A DNA stretch of 63,062 bases, counting the filler, from Candidatus Fermentibacterota bacterium (GTDB taxonomy: Bacteria > JAFGKV01): the NCBI GenBank assembly GCA_016928395.1. It is 5 parts of 5 records of this genome, joined end to end, with 100 filler letters (N's around TTAATTAATTAA, not from the genome) between each part and the next. Parts side by side here need not be neighbours in the genome. Positions count along the whole stretch, not along the records: positions 30,307 to 56,740 come from JAFGKV010000271.1; 4 more parts are not named here. One strand, written 5' to 3'. The notes under the pieces were generated by a model. It was not told where the DNA came from, did no database searches, and was given only the letters and a program-made list of their open reading frames with translations. A program made the position numbers and the translations under genes. Shown piece by piece: positions 40,796 to 51,672 of the stretch; the first letter of the stretch is position 1; each line of letters opens with the position of its first letter.

Positions 40796-40993
40796 TGTCC
40801 CTACCTCACCACCACGGGATTCGCCCTGGATTGCCGCGCAGAAAATCACGCACACCGTTGCGAGCGGAGTTGAACCCTCGCATTTTAGCACCAGGGGCGC
40901 AGTGCGCAAGGGGAGGGGACGATCTCCAAGGATCTTGAACACAGCCCACCTCATCTAGTATGCTGGGCGGTAACCCGTTCCGGAGGTACTTCG

Positions 40994-43918
40994 ATGCTAT
41001 CGATTCGCGCACTCAGTGTCGTCCTCCTCTGTGCCGCGACCGCGTATGCCGGTCCGCGGGCCCCCATCCACAGCTTCTCACCCCCTCCAACCCACCGGGA
41101 GGATCGCACACCCACGCTGGATGTGCTGCACTATGCGTTGGACATCGCGCTCCTTCCTGAGACGCGAGAACTCCACGGGATTGCCTCCATCACCATGCGG
41201 GCCCTGGGTGAGGAACTGGGAGAAATCCCCCTTGACTTGGCGGTTCTTTCCGTGCAAGGCGTAACCGAGGGCGAGGAGATAGTCCCCTTTGCGACAACGG
41301 ATGATGGCGTGCTGCTCCAACCTGCGGTCCCACTCCAACCGGGACAGCCCCGAACCTTCGTCCTGCAGTATGGCGGCCTTCCCGGCAACGAGGGCGGTTC
41401 CTCGCCCTGGGGCGGGTTCTTTTTCAGTGGGAACATGGCCTATTCCGTCGGTGTTGGGCTCTATGCCGATCCGCCCTCGATGGGTCGTTTTTGGTTTCCC
41501 GGGCACGATGTCCCTGGAGATAAGGCGACAGCGGATATCACGCTCCGCGTGCCGGCGGAATGGCTTGGCATCGCCAATGGCGCCATTGTCTCCGATTCTC
41601 TGGAGGGCTCGACCCGGGTCATGCGGTGGGCCACGGAGCTTCCCATCGCCACCTATCTCATGGCCATCGCCGCCGGCCCCTATGTGGAGGTAGCCGACAG
41701 CGGCACCGTACCCATCCGCCACTATGTGCTTCCCTCGCAAGTTGATCGGGCCCGGGCCAGCTTCATCCATGTGCCTCAGATGATCGAGCTTTACAGCCGC
41801 CTCTTCGGCCCCTATCCCTTCGAGCGGTTCGGCTATGTCTCTTCGAACCTCAGTGGAGGGATGGAACATCAGACCATGGTGACTTTGGGGTCGTTCGCCA
41901 TCAACGGCCTGCTCACCTGGGAAACGCTCATCGCGCATGAGCTGTCGCACCAATGGTGGGGCGACTGCGTTACCTACCAGGATTGGACTCAGATCTGGCT
42001 CTCGGAAGGGTTCGCTACCTACAGTGAAGCGCTGTGGGCCGAGGAGATCGATGGTCACGCCGCCTACGTGGCCTCAGTGCATCAGATGATGCAGGAGTAC
42101 TTGGGCAGCGGTGAGGACTACTTTCCCCTCAACGAGCCTGACGTGTTGTGGGGAAACGCCACGTACGAGAAGGGAGCGTGCGTGGTGCACATGCTGCGCC
42201 AGGTGCTGGGTGACAGTCTCTTCTATTCGGGTCTAGCCACATACCGAGCTCAACACGAGTATGGCAACGCCACCGTCGACAGCCTCGAGCTATCCCTGGG
42301 GGAGGCTGCCGGCCTCAACCTCCAGTGGTTCTTCGACCAATGGGTTCGAAGCCCCGGTCATCCGGAACTGGCGTTTCGCCTCACCACCTATCCCTTCCTC
42401 AATGGAGACACGGGAATTGAGCTGGAGGTCTCGCAACTGCAGGACATCGGCCCAGTGTTTCGTTTTCCATTCCGGTGCGCCGTTGACTGCGCTGACACAA
42501 CAGTCTGGATGACCTTCTTGGATTCCTTACCCGTTCAGGTGGGCAGCGTGCGAGTACAAGGCCCCGTCACGGACATCCGGCTCGACCCGGAGCACGACCT
42601 CCTGTTCCGAAATCTTGGCATGTCAACCTCTGACCGGCTCCTTCTGGACCACATGCTGGTGGTTGACGACGGTGACATGGACGGCGGCCTCGATCCGGGC
42701 GAGACCGCCGACATCTTCGTGGGAATCCTGAATCCCTTCAGCACACTGGGGGCTGTGGTGATCGAACTCGTCTGTGACGATCCGGCGATCGCCATCATTG
42801 AGGGAACCGTCACGCTGGATTCTCTGGCCGGGGGCTCGGTGTCGACCACCATCTCGGACCCCTTCAGGATCCAGGCATCCCCCTCGGTGGCCCACACGAT
42901 GCAGGCATCACTCCGCGTGATCACGGAAGAAGACGCACTCATCTCCGTACCCATTACACTGCACCTGGGGACCGCCATCCGCCTCCTGGTCGATGATGGA
43001 GGCACCGGCGACTCCTATGCCCCATACTTCCTCGCTGCCCTGGACACCCTGCCCGACGGGCACGACCGGGAGCTCTGGGCGGTGCACCGGCAGGGATGCC
43101 CCTCTCCGGCCCGTCTGAGCAAGTATGCCGATCGGGGCATGGTGACCTGGTTCACGGGTGATGTCGCCTCCTCGGCCTTAGATGACGACGAGATCGAGGC
43201 ATTGAAAGCCCTGCTCGATGCCGGCGGGTCGCTGTTCTTGACCGGGCAGAACGCGGTGGATGATCTCCCCCTGTCACTTCCCGGCCAGGCATTCTTGAAC
43301 GACTACCTCAAGGTCAGCGTCGTGGATCTTTCCTGCAACACCACCCGGGCGGTGATGGGCATCGATGGTGATCCCATCGGCAATGGCGTCATGGGCGTGA
43401 TTCAGGGCAGCGGAGGGGCCGACAACCAGACATCACTCACCGTTATTGCGCCCCTGGAGGGTGCAGACCCTGCCATCTACTATCGCAATACCGATTTTGT
43501 GTGTGCAGCACGGGCCGCAGATCGTGGAAGAGCTGTCGTATTCTCTTTCGGCTTCGAGGCGCTCAACGAGACTCAGTCACAGTTCACCTCGCGGGAAGAG
43601 ATGATCCGTCGAGTCGCGGACTGGCTGGAAGGCCCCGGTACCGGAGTATCCTCCGTCCCGGCGCCCCGGTTCACCCTCTGGTCGCCCAGCCCGTGGCGTG
43701 GTCCAGGACGCATCAGTCTGTGGTTGCCCGCGGCATCCTCTGTGCAGATCGCCTTGTACGATTTGGCGGGAAGGCAGGCGCGCACGGTGCACAGGGGTGT
43801 GCTTCCCGAGGGAGTCAGTTCACTCGGCATGCCCGAGGGAATCCCCCCGGGCGCGTACCTGCTGGTCGCCCGCACGGAAACGCAGGCGGCGCGATCTCCG
43901 GTCATCATCATCCCCTGA
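40994..43918 (+). CDS. Secreted M1 family aminopeptidase with C-terminal accessory domains and FlgD/T9SS-like tail
   Basis: Signal peptide; GGMEH, HELSHQWWG...WLSEGFA and YEKGA; tail LYDLAGR...PGAYLL. Confidence 0.9.
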   Translation: MLSIRALSVVLLCAATAYAGPRAPIHSFSPPPTHREDRTPTLDVLHYALDIALLPETRELHGIASITMRALGEELGEIPLDLAVLSVQGVTEGEEIVPFATTDDGVLLQPAVPLQPGQPRTFVLQYGGLPGNEGGSSPWGGFFFSGNMAYSVGVGLYADPPSMGRFWFPGHDVPGDKATADITLRVPAEWLGIANGAIVSDSLEGSTRVMRWATELPIATYLMAIAAGPYVEVADSGTVPIRHYVLPSQVDRARASFIHVPQMIELYSRLFGPYPFERFGYVSSNLSGGMEHQTMVTLGSFAINGLLTWETLIAHELSHQWWGDCVTYQDWTQIWLSEGFATYSEALWAEEIDGHAAYVASVHQMMQEYLGSGEDYFPLNEPDVLWGNATYEKGACVVHMLRQVLGDSLFYSGLATYRAQHEYGNATVDSLELSLGEAAGLNLQWFFDQWVRSPGHPELAFRLTTYPFLNGDTGIELEVSQLQDIGPVFRFPFRCAVDCADTTVWMTFLDSLPVQVGSVRVQGPVTDIRLDPEHDLLFRNLGMSTSDRLLLDHMLVVDDGDMDGGLDPGETADIFVGILNPFSTLGAVVIELVCDDPAIAIIEGTVTLDSLAGGSVSTTISDPFRIQASPSVAHTMQASLRVITEEDALISVPITLHLGTAIRLLVDDGGTGDSYAPYFLAALDTLPDGHDRELWAVHRQGCPSPARLSKYADRGMVTWFTGDVASSALDDDEIEALKALLDAGGSLFLTGQNAVDDLPLSLPGQAFLNDYLKVSVVDLSCNTTRAVMGIDGDPIGNGVMGVIQGSGGADNQTSLTVIAPLEGADPAIYYRNTDFVCAARAADRGRAVVFSFGFEALNETQSQFTSREEMIRRVADWLEGPGTGVSSVPAPRFTLWSPSPWRGPGRISLWLPAASSVQIALYDLAGRQARTVHRGVLPEGVSSLGMPEGIPPGAYLLVARTETQAARSPVIIIP

Positions 43919-43919
43919 G

Positions 43920-44465
43920 ATGGAACTCAGTCTGCGCCTGGAGCTCAGGCGCAAGGCTATGCAAACCCTGGGGCTCGTGTTCGTGCCGTTTGGCCAGATC
44001 GGCGCCTTGGGGCTTCTGGCTCTGGCGGCAGTGGAAGGCCTCCATCTCCTGAGGCATTCCCACGGCGGAGTTCCTCTGTGGCGCAGTGTCCGCCGTCTGG
44101 GGGAACGGGGAGCGGGCAGGGATGTCGGGCCTCTCCTGCTGGCTCTGGGTGCAGCCTCGGTGCTCCTGGTTGTGCGGGGACCGTGGGCCTGGGCCATTCT
44201 GTGCCAGCCTTTCGTCGCCGACTCGGCCGCCGCTCTCGTGGGCCGGCGGTGCGGCGGAGTTCAAGTGCCGGGTAGTGGCAAGACCCTGGCGGGATCAGCG
44301 GCCTTCTTCATAGTGGCCGCGCTGGGCGCCGCCTTGGCGGGGCTCCCCGTGCAGGCATCGCTCCTCCTGGCGGGAGCGGGAACGATGGTGGAGGCCTTCG
44401 CTCCCTGGGGCCTGGACAATCTGCTGCTCCCCCTGGCCGGCCTCGCCCTTTGGAATCTGCTCTAG
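43920..44465 (+). CDS. Dolichol/phytol kinase-like (CTP_transf_1) membrane protein
   Basis: ELRRK, ADSAAALVG, GKTLAGS and LDNLLLP motifs. Confidence 0.75.
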   Translation: MELSLRLELRRKAMQTLGLVFVPFGQIGALGLLALAAVEGLHLLRHSHGGVPLWRSVRRLGERGAGRDVGPLLLALGAASVLLVVRGPWAWAILCQPFVADSAAALVGRRCGGVQVPGSGKTLAGSAAFFIVAALGAALAGLPVQASLLLAGAGTMVEAFAPWGLDNLLLPLAGLALWNLL

Positions 44466-44532
44466 ACGCAACGGTGCCCCGCTCCGCTGGATGCGGAGCG
44501 CCGGAGGCCTGCAGCGGCAATGAACACCCCGC

Positions 44533-45912
44533 CTACTGTCCGCTCTCCTCTGCCGAACGATGCGCTGACTCCGCGGCCCCGGCCACCAGCGCCGCAACGA
44601 GCCAGTAGGCTTTGAGGTATTCCTGGCTGTTGAAGGCGTTCTGCACCACCAAGGCCGCGAAGGCAGCGGCCAGCCCGATGGCAAGGCCCCGGTCAAAACC
44701 CCTCCCGCCGCGGCGCAGCAACAGGATAATCTGCCGCGCCACCGCGAAATTGAAGGCCAGGAACAACAGCAGACCCGGCACGCCCGTCTCGGCCAAGAGC
44801 TGCAAGTATGTGCTGTGAGCTTCCATGCCTGACTCGGAACCACGTATGTAGTTCTTGGGGAAGCGGGCGCCGGGAACCTTGTAGTCGAGGAAACGGCGAT
44901 AGAAGCTCCCCAAGCCTACTCCCAGCACCGGATTCTCAGTGAACATGCGCCATCCGGTCTTGTAGGCTCCGACCCTGGCCATCAGGGATGAATCCATCTC
45001 GGGCGTCGTTCGACGGGTAAGGCCCTCAACCTGTTCTTGCGGCAGCACGAGTATCAGGACCACGACCACGCCGATAACCACCGGCACCAGTCTGATGAAA
45101 CGGGGATAGAGCAGCACGAAGAGCACCACCGACGCCATGAATCCGATCCATCCGGAACGGCTGAACGAGAGCACCAGCCCAGCGGAACTGGCCAACACCG
45201 TCACCAGCAGTGGCAGCCTGACCCGGCGCGAATCCACGAACAGGGTGAGCCCCAACGCCAGGCATAGGTACACGAACATGTAGGTCGCGAATACATTCGG
45301 ATGATCGAACACACCGCTGGCCTGCACATAGCCTTTCCACGTCACGAAAGTACCCGTGGCAGGGTGAAGGCCCAGCCCGAGGATGGTCGTTCCGGTAAGG
45401 AACTGGTAGATGCCCAAAGCCGCCATTGCCACCGACGGAGCAAGCACCGCGGCCACCGAACGGCGCAGCATGCAGGCGTTTCGCAATCGGTCTGCGGCGA
45501 TGATGAGGAAGATGATGTAGCCAAAGATGCGGAAGGCATTGCCCAACGCCGCCATGGGGAAGCGGCTAATCAGGCCGGAGATGGCGCACCACGCCACGAA
45601 CGCCAACCCCCAGAGAGGGATGTCACTCTTGAGCGGCCGCCACCTCCGAAGCGTGGGAAGCCAGGCCACCACTAGCACCGCAAAGACTGGCTTCGCCAGC
45701 TCCACTCCCGCGATCATGATGAAGGCCGAGGACAGCGGTATGGCAATGAGATAGGCAATCAGCGCCCGGTCGGGATCTGCGACGATCCATACTCCGCCGA
45801 ACAGGGCTACTACCATGGGGATGGTCATCAACCCGAGCCTCGGAGCAAGCAATCCTCCGGCGAGAATCACCGCCACCAACGCGGCTCCTCTGAGGCAAAA
45901 GATCCTTCCCAC
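44533..45912 (-). CDS. O-antigen ligase/polymerase (Wzy_C) family protein
   Basis: GVFDHPN, LSFSRSGW, NPVLGVG and AHSTYLQLLAETGVPG. Confidence 0.88.
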   Translation of the reverse strand: MGRIFCLRGAALVAVILAGGLLAPRLGLMTIPMVVALFGGVWIVADPDRALIAYLIAIPLSSAFIMIAGVELAKPVFAVLVVAWLPTLRRWRPLKSDIPLWGLAFVAWCAISGLISRFPMAALGNAFRIFGYIIFLIIAADRLRNACMLRRSVAAVLAPSVAMAALGIYQFLTGTTILGLGLHPATGTFVTWKGYVQASGVFDHPNVFATYMFVYLCLALGLTLFVDSRRVRLPLLVTVLASSAGLVLSFSRSGWIGFMASVVLFVLLYPRFIRLVPVVIGVVVVLILVLPQEQVEGLTRRTTPEMDSSLMARVGAYKTGWRMFTENPVLGVGLGSFYRRFLDYKVPGARFPKNYIRGSESGMEAHSTYLQLLAETGVPGLLLFLAFNFAVARQIILLLRRGGRGFDRGLAIGLAAAFAALVVQNAFNSQEYLKAYWLVAALVAGAAESAHRSAEESGQ

Positions 45913-46192
45913 TCAAAGCTCCCGTTCCTGATCGAGAGATATGGCCAGAGCGTCATCGCAACGCGAGCGTCTGGCGCTGTCTGAAGTCGGCGATGAGTCA
46001 TCGGCCATTCTGCGTGCACGTGCGGAACGTACCAGTTCCGCGGAGAAGGTGTGCGCTCGAGGTGTCGTATTCAAGGCCGTCGCACACCCTCCATGCCTAG
46101 TGGGAGCAGACAAGCCTTTGACAGCGGACCGGTAACGCGTATGATCCCTGCCTCTGCTCCGACAGTATCCCCATGTGGAAAGGCTCTCATCC

Positions 46193-49100
46193 ATGCCACT
46201 CATCCGCATTCTCCTCGTCGCCTCGCTGTGCGCACCGGCATCCGCTCTGGTGGTGTATTGGGATCCTCCCGCTCCTGCTCCGGGAAGTACCGTCACCATC
46301 TTCTACAATGTGATCGAGGGAACGCTTCCCGATAATACGAATCCCGTCTACATTCATCTGGGCGTAAACGGATGGCAAGACGTCCATGACCACGCCATGG
46401 CGCCCGATACCGCTACCGGCTGGTGGTATTACCGCTACCCAATACCGGCGGACGTCACCGTCATCGATTTCGTTTTCACCGACCTTCAGGGTAACTGGGA
46501 CAACAATGGCGGCATCGGCATTGACTGGCACATAAGCCTGATCTGCTCATGGATACCCTTCGCGCCCAATCCCAACGACTCGGTGGAGATTGTCGTTCGT
46601 TCCGGTGGCGGCCACATCGTGTGGTTTGTCCGCTCGGGCATCCATTCCCTGCCGCCCATTCCCCAGTACTGGCCGCAGGGTTCCTCGCCCACCCCTGATG
46701 ACGAAGCCGTGGCCACGCCGCTGAGCGGACCTCATCCTGATGGTACGTACCGGGCCGTCATCGGTCCCTTTACCAGCGCCCGCCAGGTGGTGGATGCGGT
46801 CAAATTCAAGATTCTGTGGGCTGACGGCACCCACGACGCCACCCTGTTCGAAATCACCGCAGACCATACTCCCCTATCCGGCGATCCAGTGGTCTCCATT
46901 CTCAGCCCCCAACCCGGCGCCTCCATCACCGAGACGGATATCCTCGTCGACGCGACAGATGCCGACGCTGTAGAAATCTGGGGCGGTCCCGATTCCCTGG
47001 GCACCTTCACCGCCCCGCCCTACGCCGTCTCGTGGGTGCCTAGTCCCCACACCTTCGGACCGGTCACCGTGACAGCCAAGGGCGTCGGCACGGAAGGCAG
47101 GGTCTCCTTCGACCGCGTCGGCGTCACGGTGCCGCCGGTGGTGATTTCGCGGGCTGCCCCCGCCGGCATCACCGACGGGGTGACGGTCGTGGGCGCTGTC
47201 GCGAGCTTCGCCCTGTACGCTCCGGCCAAGGACTATGTTGCACTGAAGGGCTCGTTCAACCGCGAGTATCCCAATGGCGAGTTGATGTACCTCTCCGGCG
47301 ACACCCTATGGTGGGCAGCCAAACGGCTCTCGCCCGGCGACTACCTCTATCAGTACAACATTGAAGGCATCAAGTGTATCGCCGATCCATGGAGCAGGGA
47401 TGTCACCTGGGTGTCTCCCGGCACCGAGAGCGAGTCGGGAAGCTATGAGCATGCCAAGACCCGCTTCAGTGTCGGCGCTTCGCCCTTTCCCTGGACGGAC
47501 GGAGGATTCGTGCGGCCATCGGTGGAGGAGATCGTGGTCTACGAACTCCACGTGGGTGATTTCGCCGGCCTGCCCGATGGCGGCATAGGCGTCTACGCCG
47601 ATGTCATGGCCAAGCTCGCTGAAGGCTACTTTGACAGCCTCGGGATACATGCGGTGGAACTGATGCCGGTGGACGAGTTCGAGGGCGCCAACTCCTGGGG
47701 CTACAACCCTTCGTTCTACGGCGCCCCTGAGACAACCTACGGCACGCCCGAGCAGCTCAAGGCTCTGGTGAACGAGTTCCACGCCCACGGCATCGCGGTT
47801 CTGGTTGACGTGGTATTCAACCACATGTGGGGCAGTGCACCGCTGTTCCAGCTCTACCAGCCTCTGGGAGACTGGAACTACCAGAATCATGACTACGCCA
47901 ACTGCCCCTACTTCCACGATCAAGCCTCGCAGTGGGGGTACAAGCTGCAGCACTGGCAAGAGGTCGGCGGCCGGAGGTATCGAACATGGAAGTATGTGAC
48001 CGATGCTCTGCGCACGTGGGTGCAGGACTACCACATCGACGGGTTCCGCTACGATGCCTCATGGGGGGTCGGGTGGGACGGCTACAATGCCAACGGCATG
48101 TCCTTTTACACCTGGTACATGCGTGAACTGGACCCGGGCCTCATCCAGATCGTGGAGGAAGACAATGCCTCCCGGGTGAACTCCACCGAAGCCGATGCCG
48201 GCTGGAACTTCAGTTACTTCCACGCCATGAAGGCCAACCTCCAGCAGATCAACGATTCGGGGCACACCTGGGGCAACATGATCGCTTTGGCCAATGAGTT
48301 GTCATACTCCAGCCAGGGTTTCCAGGAATGCTACGGCCCGTTGAACTACGTCGAGAGCCACGACGAAACCCGCATCATCTACGAGGCCATGACCTACCAG
48401 GGGATGGACTATCCGACCGCCCTCAAGAAATCACGGCTCGGCGCCGCCGTGCTTCTCACGGGAACGGGCACGCCCATGATCTACCACGGCCAGGAGTTCG
48501 CGCAGAACGCCACCAGCAGAAACCCCGACGGCGGCATCATTCCCCAGCCCCTTCAGTGGCAGAATCTCAGTACTCCCTCGGGCTACGCCCTGTTCCAGCA
48601 TTATCGCAGGCTGATCTGGCTCCGGGCCACCCATGAGATCATCCGAAGCCCCAGCTTCCAAGTGACGTCCAGGAGCAATACCACCAAGCATATCGTGTTC
48701 TGGCGGGGTGATGCCGGTACAGAACAGCAGATCGTGGTGGCAGCCAATTTCGACACCGCCGACCACCTCATCGGCATCGAGTTCCCGGGCAGCGGCACAT
48801 GGTACGAATTCACGGAAGACGATTCCCTGGAGGTACAGGGCGGCTACTCTCCGGTGTATAACCTTCCCGCCTCCACGGCCAGGATTTTCGTGAATGCCAG
48901 AACATGGCCCATGGCGGGAGAGGGGGCTCGGCCAGTTCCTTCCCGGATAACCCTGGCGCAGAATCATCCCAATCCCGCCAGCGTGGCCACGGTCATTTCC
49001 TACTCACTCCCTTCGCCGTGTCCGGCCGTGCGGATCGAGATCCACGATCTGCTTGGCCGCCGGGTTCGCCTGCTGCTGCAAGGGAGTGCCGAAGCGGGCC

Positions 49101-49222
49101 GGCACGAAACCCTGTGGGATCTGCTGACAGACTCCGGCGCTTTGGCGCCCAGCGGCGTCTATCTCTGCATGCTTCATGCCGAGGGTCGCGTCGCAACCCG
49201 CAGGCTGGTGGTGGCCCGCTAG
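46193..49222 (+). CDS. Secreted GH13 alpha-amylase-family enzyme with starch-binding module(s) and FlgD/T9SS-like tail
   Basis: N-terminal CBM-like FVFTD..NWDNNGG; WGYNP, DVVFNH, DGFRYD and YVESHDE; tail LAQNHPNP...DLLGR...SGVYL. Confidence 0.9.
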   Translation: MPLIRILLVASLCAPASALVVYWDPPAPAPGSTVTIFYNVIEGTLPDNTNPVYIHLGVNGWQDVHDHAMAPDTATGWWYYRYPIPADVTVIDFVFTDLQGNWDNNGGIGIDWHISLICSWIPFAPNPNDSVEIVVRSGGGHIVWFVRSGIHSLPPIPQYWPQGSSPTPDDEAVATPLSGPHPDGTYRAVIGPFTSARQVVDAVKFKILWADGTHDATLFEITADHTPLSGDPVVSILSPQPGASITETDILVDATDADAVEIWGGPDSLGTFTAPPYAVSWVPSPHTFGPVTVTAKGVGTEGRVSFDRVGVTVPPVVISRAAPAGITDGVTVVGAVASFALYAPAKDYVALKGSFNREYPNGELMYLSGDTLWWAAKRLSPGDYLYQYNIEGIKCIADPWSRDVTWVSPGTESESGSYEHAKTRFSVGASPFPWTDGGFVRPSVEEIVVYELHVGDFAGLPDGGIGVYADVMAKLAEGYFDSLGIHAVELMPVDEFEGANSWGYNPSFYGAPETTYGTPEQLKALVNEFHAHGIAVLVDVVFNHMWGSAPLFQLYQPLGDWNYQNHDYANCPYFHDQASQWGYKLQHWQEVGGRRYRTWKYVTDALRTWVQDYHIDGFRYDASWGVGWDGYNANGMSFYTWYMRELDPGLIQIVEEDNASRVNSTEADAGWNFSYFHAMKANLQQINDSGHTWGNMIALANELSYSSQGFQECYGPLNYVESHDETRIIYEAMTYQGMDYPTALKKSRLGAAVLLTGTGTPMIYHGQEFAQNATSRNPDGGIIPQPLQWQNLSTPSGYALFQHYRRLIWLRATHEIIRSPSFQVTSRSNTTKHIVFWRGDAGTEQQIVVAANFDTADHLIGIEFPGSGTWYEFTEDDSLEVQGGYSPVYNLPASTARIFVNARTWPMAGEGARPVPSRITLAQNHPNPASVATVISYSLPSPCPAVRIEIHDLLGRRVRLLLQGSAEAGRHETLWDLLTDSGALAPSGVYLCMLHAEGRVATRRLVVAR

Positions 49223-50110
49223 ATGACAACGGCAGAGACAGAGCTTCGACTCGTCCCGCAACCCCTTGAGACCATGAACTCCCTGACCCTGCGCATCGCC
49301 GATCACGGAATCCGGCTGATCTTCCCTGATGACAGCCTCATCTCCTCTGCCCGGGATCGCTACGGCGGGTTCCTCAGCAATGAAGAACCCGACACGGTCA
49401 TGGCTGTCTCCTTCCCCGAGCGTCTCCAGCCGGTCGTCGATGCCGGGGTCCCCTGGGCCCGGTGCGCTACGGATGACATTCGCTTCGGGCGCAATGACCT
49501 TGTGGCGGAAACTGATTCCTCCTTCGGCCATGTGGCCGTGCAGATGCGCACGTTGGTCTACACCCTGGATGCCCTCCTCCGCATCTTCTACTCCATCGTG
49601 CTCATTCGGCGGGGCGGGCTTTTGCTCCACGCGGCGGCGGTAGGGATCGACGGCCGGGGCGCGGTGTTCGCCGGGCCCACGGAAAGCGGCAAATCAGAGC
49701 TTTCCCACATGGAATTCGGAACCCATCTGACCGATGAACTCTCTCCCGTCAGGCCGCAAGGCCATGGATTCTCGGTCTTTGGAAGCCCGTTCTGGGGATT
49801 GTTCGAAAAGGGAGGGTACAATCGCGGCCTGCCCCTGGCGGGCCTGTTCTTCCTCTCCCGAGGCCCGACACGGCTGGAGCGGCTTTCACGCGCCTTGGCC
49901 TTGCCGCGCCTTTTGCGCTGCGTGCTGAACTTCTCCCGGGAGCCCGAAGTCGTCGAGGCCGTGATGGCCAATTCCGCCCGTGTGCTGGCGAGGGTCCCTC
50001 ACGCCTCCCTCGTCTCACCCCCGGATGAGACGTTGTGGCCTCTGGTGTCCGGCTTTCTGGTCTTTCACCGCTCGGGCTCCGACTCAGCATCTTTGCAGGA
50101 GCATGTGTGA
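49223..50110 (+). CDS. HPr kinase-like P-loop protein
   Basis: LLLHAAAV...FAGPTESGKS, LTDE and GSPFWG. Confidence 0.65.
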   Translation: MTTAETELRLVPQPLETMNSLTLRIADHGIRLIFPDDSLISSARDRYGGFLSNEEPDTVMAVSFPERLQPVVDAGVPWARCATDDIRFGRNDLVAETDSSFGHVAVQMRTLVYTLDALLRIFYSIVLIRRGGLLLHAAAVGIDGRGAVFAGPTESGKSELSHMEFGTHLTDELSPVRPQGHGFSVFGSPFWGLFEKGGYNRGLPLAGLFFLSRGPTRLERLSRALALPRLLRCVLNFSREPEVVEAVMANSARVLARVPHASLVSPPDETLWPLVSGFLVFHRSGSDSASLQEHV

Positions 50111-51045
50111 GCCCCTCTCGAGAGATGGCCCTAAACCGCGCGCAGCTGCTGCGCCGGAACGACGAATGGGTACGGGCGTGCCTTGCATCACCTCATGCAT
50201 TGGCAGTGTTGGTGGCGGACGGCAAGGTCCTGGCGAGTGAGGACGGATCACGGCCCGTGTTCGTGCCCTTGGGCTGGTTGGGAGAACGGATGACCACGGC
50301 CGATCCTGTGGTCCTCCTGGGCACGAGGAACGATACGGCCTATGTCGCCGTTGGCCTTGGCGAAGCGTGGGTGCCGCCGGTGATGGCTAAGGACGGCCGG
50401 TGGGTCGAGCTCCGGCAGATGGGGGCGTTGTTTCACACCTGGGAAGGTGAGGTACTGGGCTGCGCCAGGGCCCTGGTGTACTGGCATACCCACAACCGCT
50501 TCTGCGGGATATGCGGCGCCGCCACTGAGAGTGCCCAGGGCGGCTCTGTTCGCATGTGCACAAATGGCTCATGCGGCAAGTTCCACTTCCCGCGCACCGA
50601 CCCCGCGGTTATCGTCCTGGTTTCCGCCGGGGAGGAGTGCCTGCTCGCCCGTCAGAGAATCTGGGTCCCCGGGAGATACTCGGCCGTGGCCGGTTTCGTG
50701 GAGCCGGCAGAGAGCTGCGAGCATGCCGCCGCTCGGGAGGTCGAAGAGGAAACCGGCATCCTCGTCGAGGACGTTCGCTACCGGTTCTCCCAAGGATGGC
50801 CATTCCCCCGGAGCCTCATGATCGCGTTCCGGGCACGGGCCGTGGGGCGGGATATCACCGTGGATACTGATGAACTGGAGGATGCCCGCTGGTTGTCTCG
50901 AGAGCAGATCGAGGAGGGTCTCATGTCCGGCCGGCTTTCGCTGCCTCCGGTGTTTGCTGCGGGGTTTAGGCTTGTGGAGGAATGGTTTGACGAGGGAGGG
51001 AGTCGTCTCCGGGATCTGGTGACGCGCCCCGTGGCCGGGGGCTGA
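50107..51045 (+). CDS. nudC: NAD(H) diphosphatase NudC
   Basis: FCGICG...C..C..FPRTDPAVI; Nudix box AGFVEPAE...REVEEETG; SQGWPFP. Confidence 0.93.
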   Translation: MSPSREMALNRAQLLRRNDEWVRACLASPHALAVLVADGKVLASEDGSRPVFVPLGWLGERMTTADPVVLLGTRNDTAYVAVGLGEAWVPPVMAKDGRWVELRQMGALFHTWEGEVLGCARALVYWHTHNRFCGICGAATESAQGGSVRMCTNGSCGKFHFPRTDPAVIVLVSAGEECLLARQRIWVPGRYSAVAGFVEPAESCEHAAAREVEEETGILVEDVRYRFSQGWPFPRSLMIAFRARAVGRDITVDTDELEDARWLSREQIEEGLMSGRLSLPPVFAAGFRLVEEWFDEGGSRLRDLVTRPVAGG

Positions 51046-51671
51046 TGTCGGTGGCCCAGTCCGGTGATGAGAAGGTCCCCCTGGTCTTGACGGGGGAGGC
51101 GACGCTTCAGATTGAGGTCAAGAAGAGCCGGTTCATCGCCCATGCGTCTCCGGCCTCCTGTCCCGGCGAGGCCATGAGCTTCCTGGAACGGGTGCGTGAT
51201 CCCGGGGCGACCCACAACTGCTGGGCGTACCGGATTTGCCCCGCATATCGGTTCTCTGATGACGGCGAACCCGCGGGCACCGCAGGCAGGCCCATGCTGA
51301 GCGCTATCGAACGCCGAAACATCGATCAGGTCATGGTGATCGTGACCCGGTTCTTCGGCGGCATCAAGCTGGGTGCGGGCGGCCTTGCTCGCGCCTATGG
51401 CGGGGTGACCTCTGCCTGTCTTCAGCAGGCCTCAACCCGGCCCTTCGAGCATGAGAAACAGGTTGAAGTCAGCGCGACTTTCTCCCTTACTGGCAATGCG
51501 TACAACCTTCTTCAGAAGTACGCATTGGAGCGCCATGATGAGCGCTACGACGAGCGCGGAGTAGTCTTCCTTGCCAAAGGCCCTCAACGCCTGATCGACG
51601 ATTTCGTGCACGATCTGGTTGAGCTGTCATCCGGCGGGGTACACATCACGGAGCACCCGAAGCCCTCCTGA
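51045..51671 (+). CDS. yigZ: IMPACT/YigZ family protein
   Basis: KKSRFIA, ATHNCWAY, DDGEPAGTAG and TRFFGGIKLGAGGL. Confidence 0.92.
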   Translation: MSVAQSGDEKVPLVLTGEATLQIEVKKSRFIAHASPASCPGEAMSFLERVRDPGATHNCWAYRICPAYRFSDDGEPAGTAGRPMLSAIERRNIDQVMVIVTRFFGGIKLGAGGLARAYGGVTSACLQQASTRPFEHEKQVEVSATFSLTGNAYNLLQKYALERHDERYDERGVVFLAKGPQRLIDDFVHDLVELSSGGVHITEHPKPS

Positions 51672-51672
51672 C

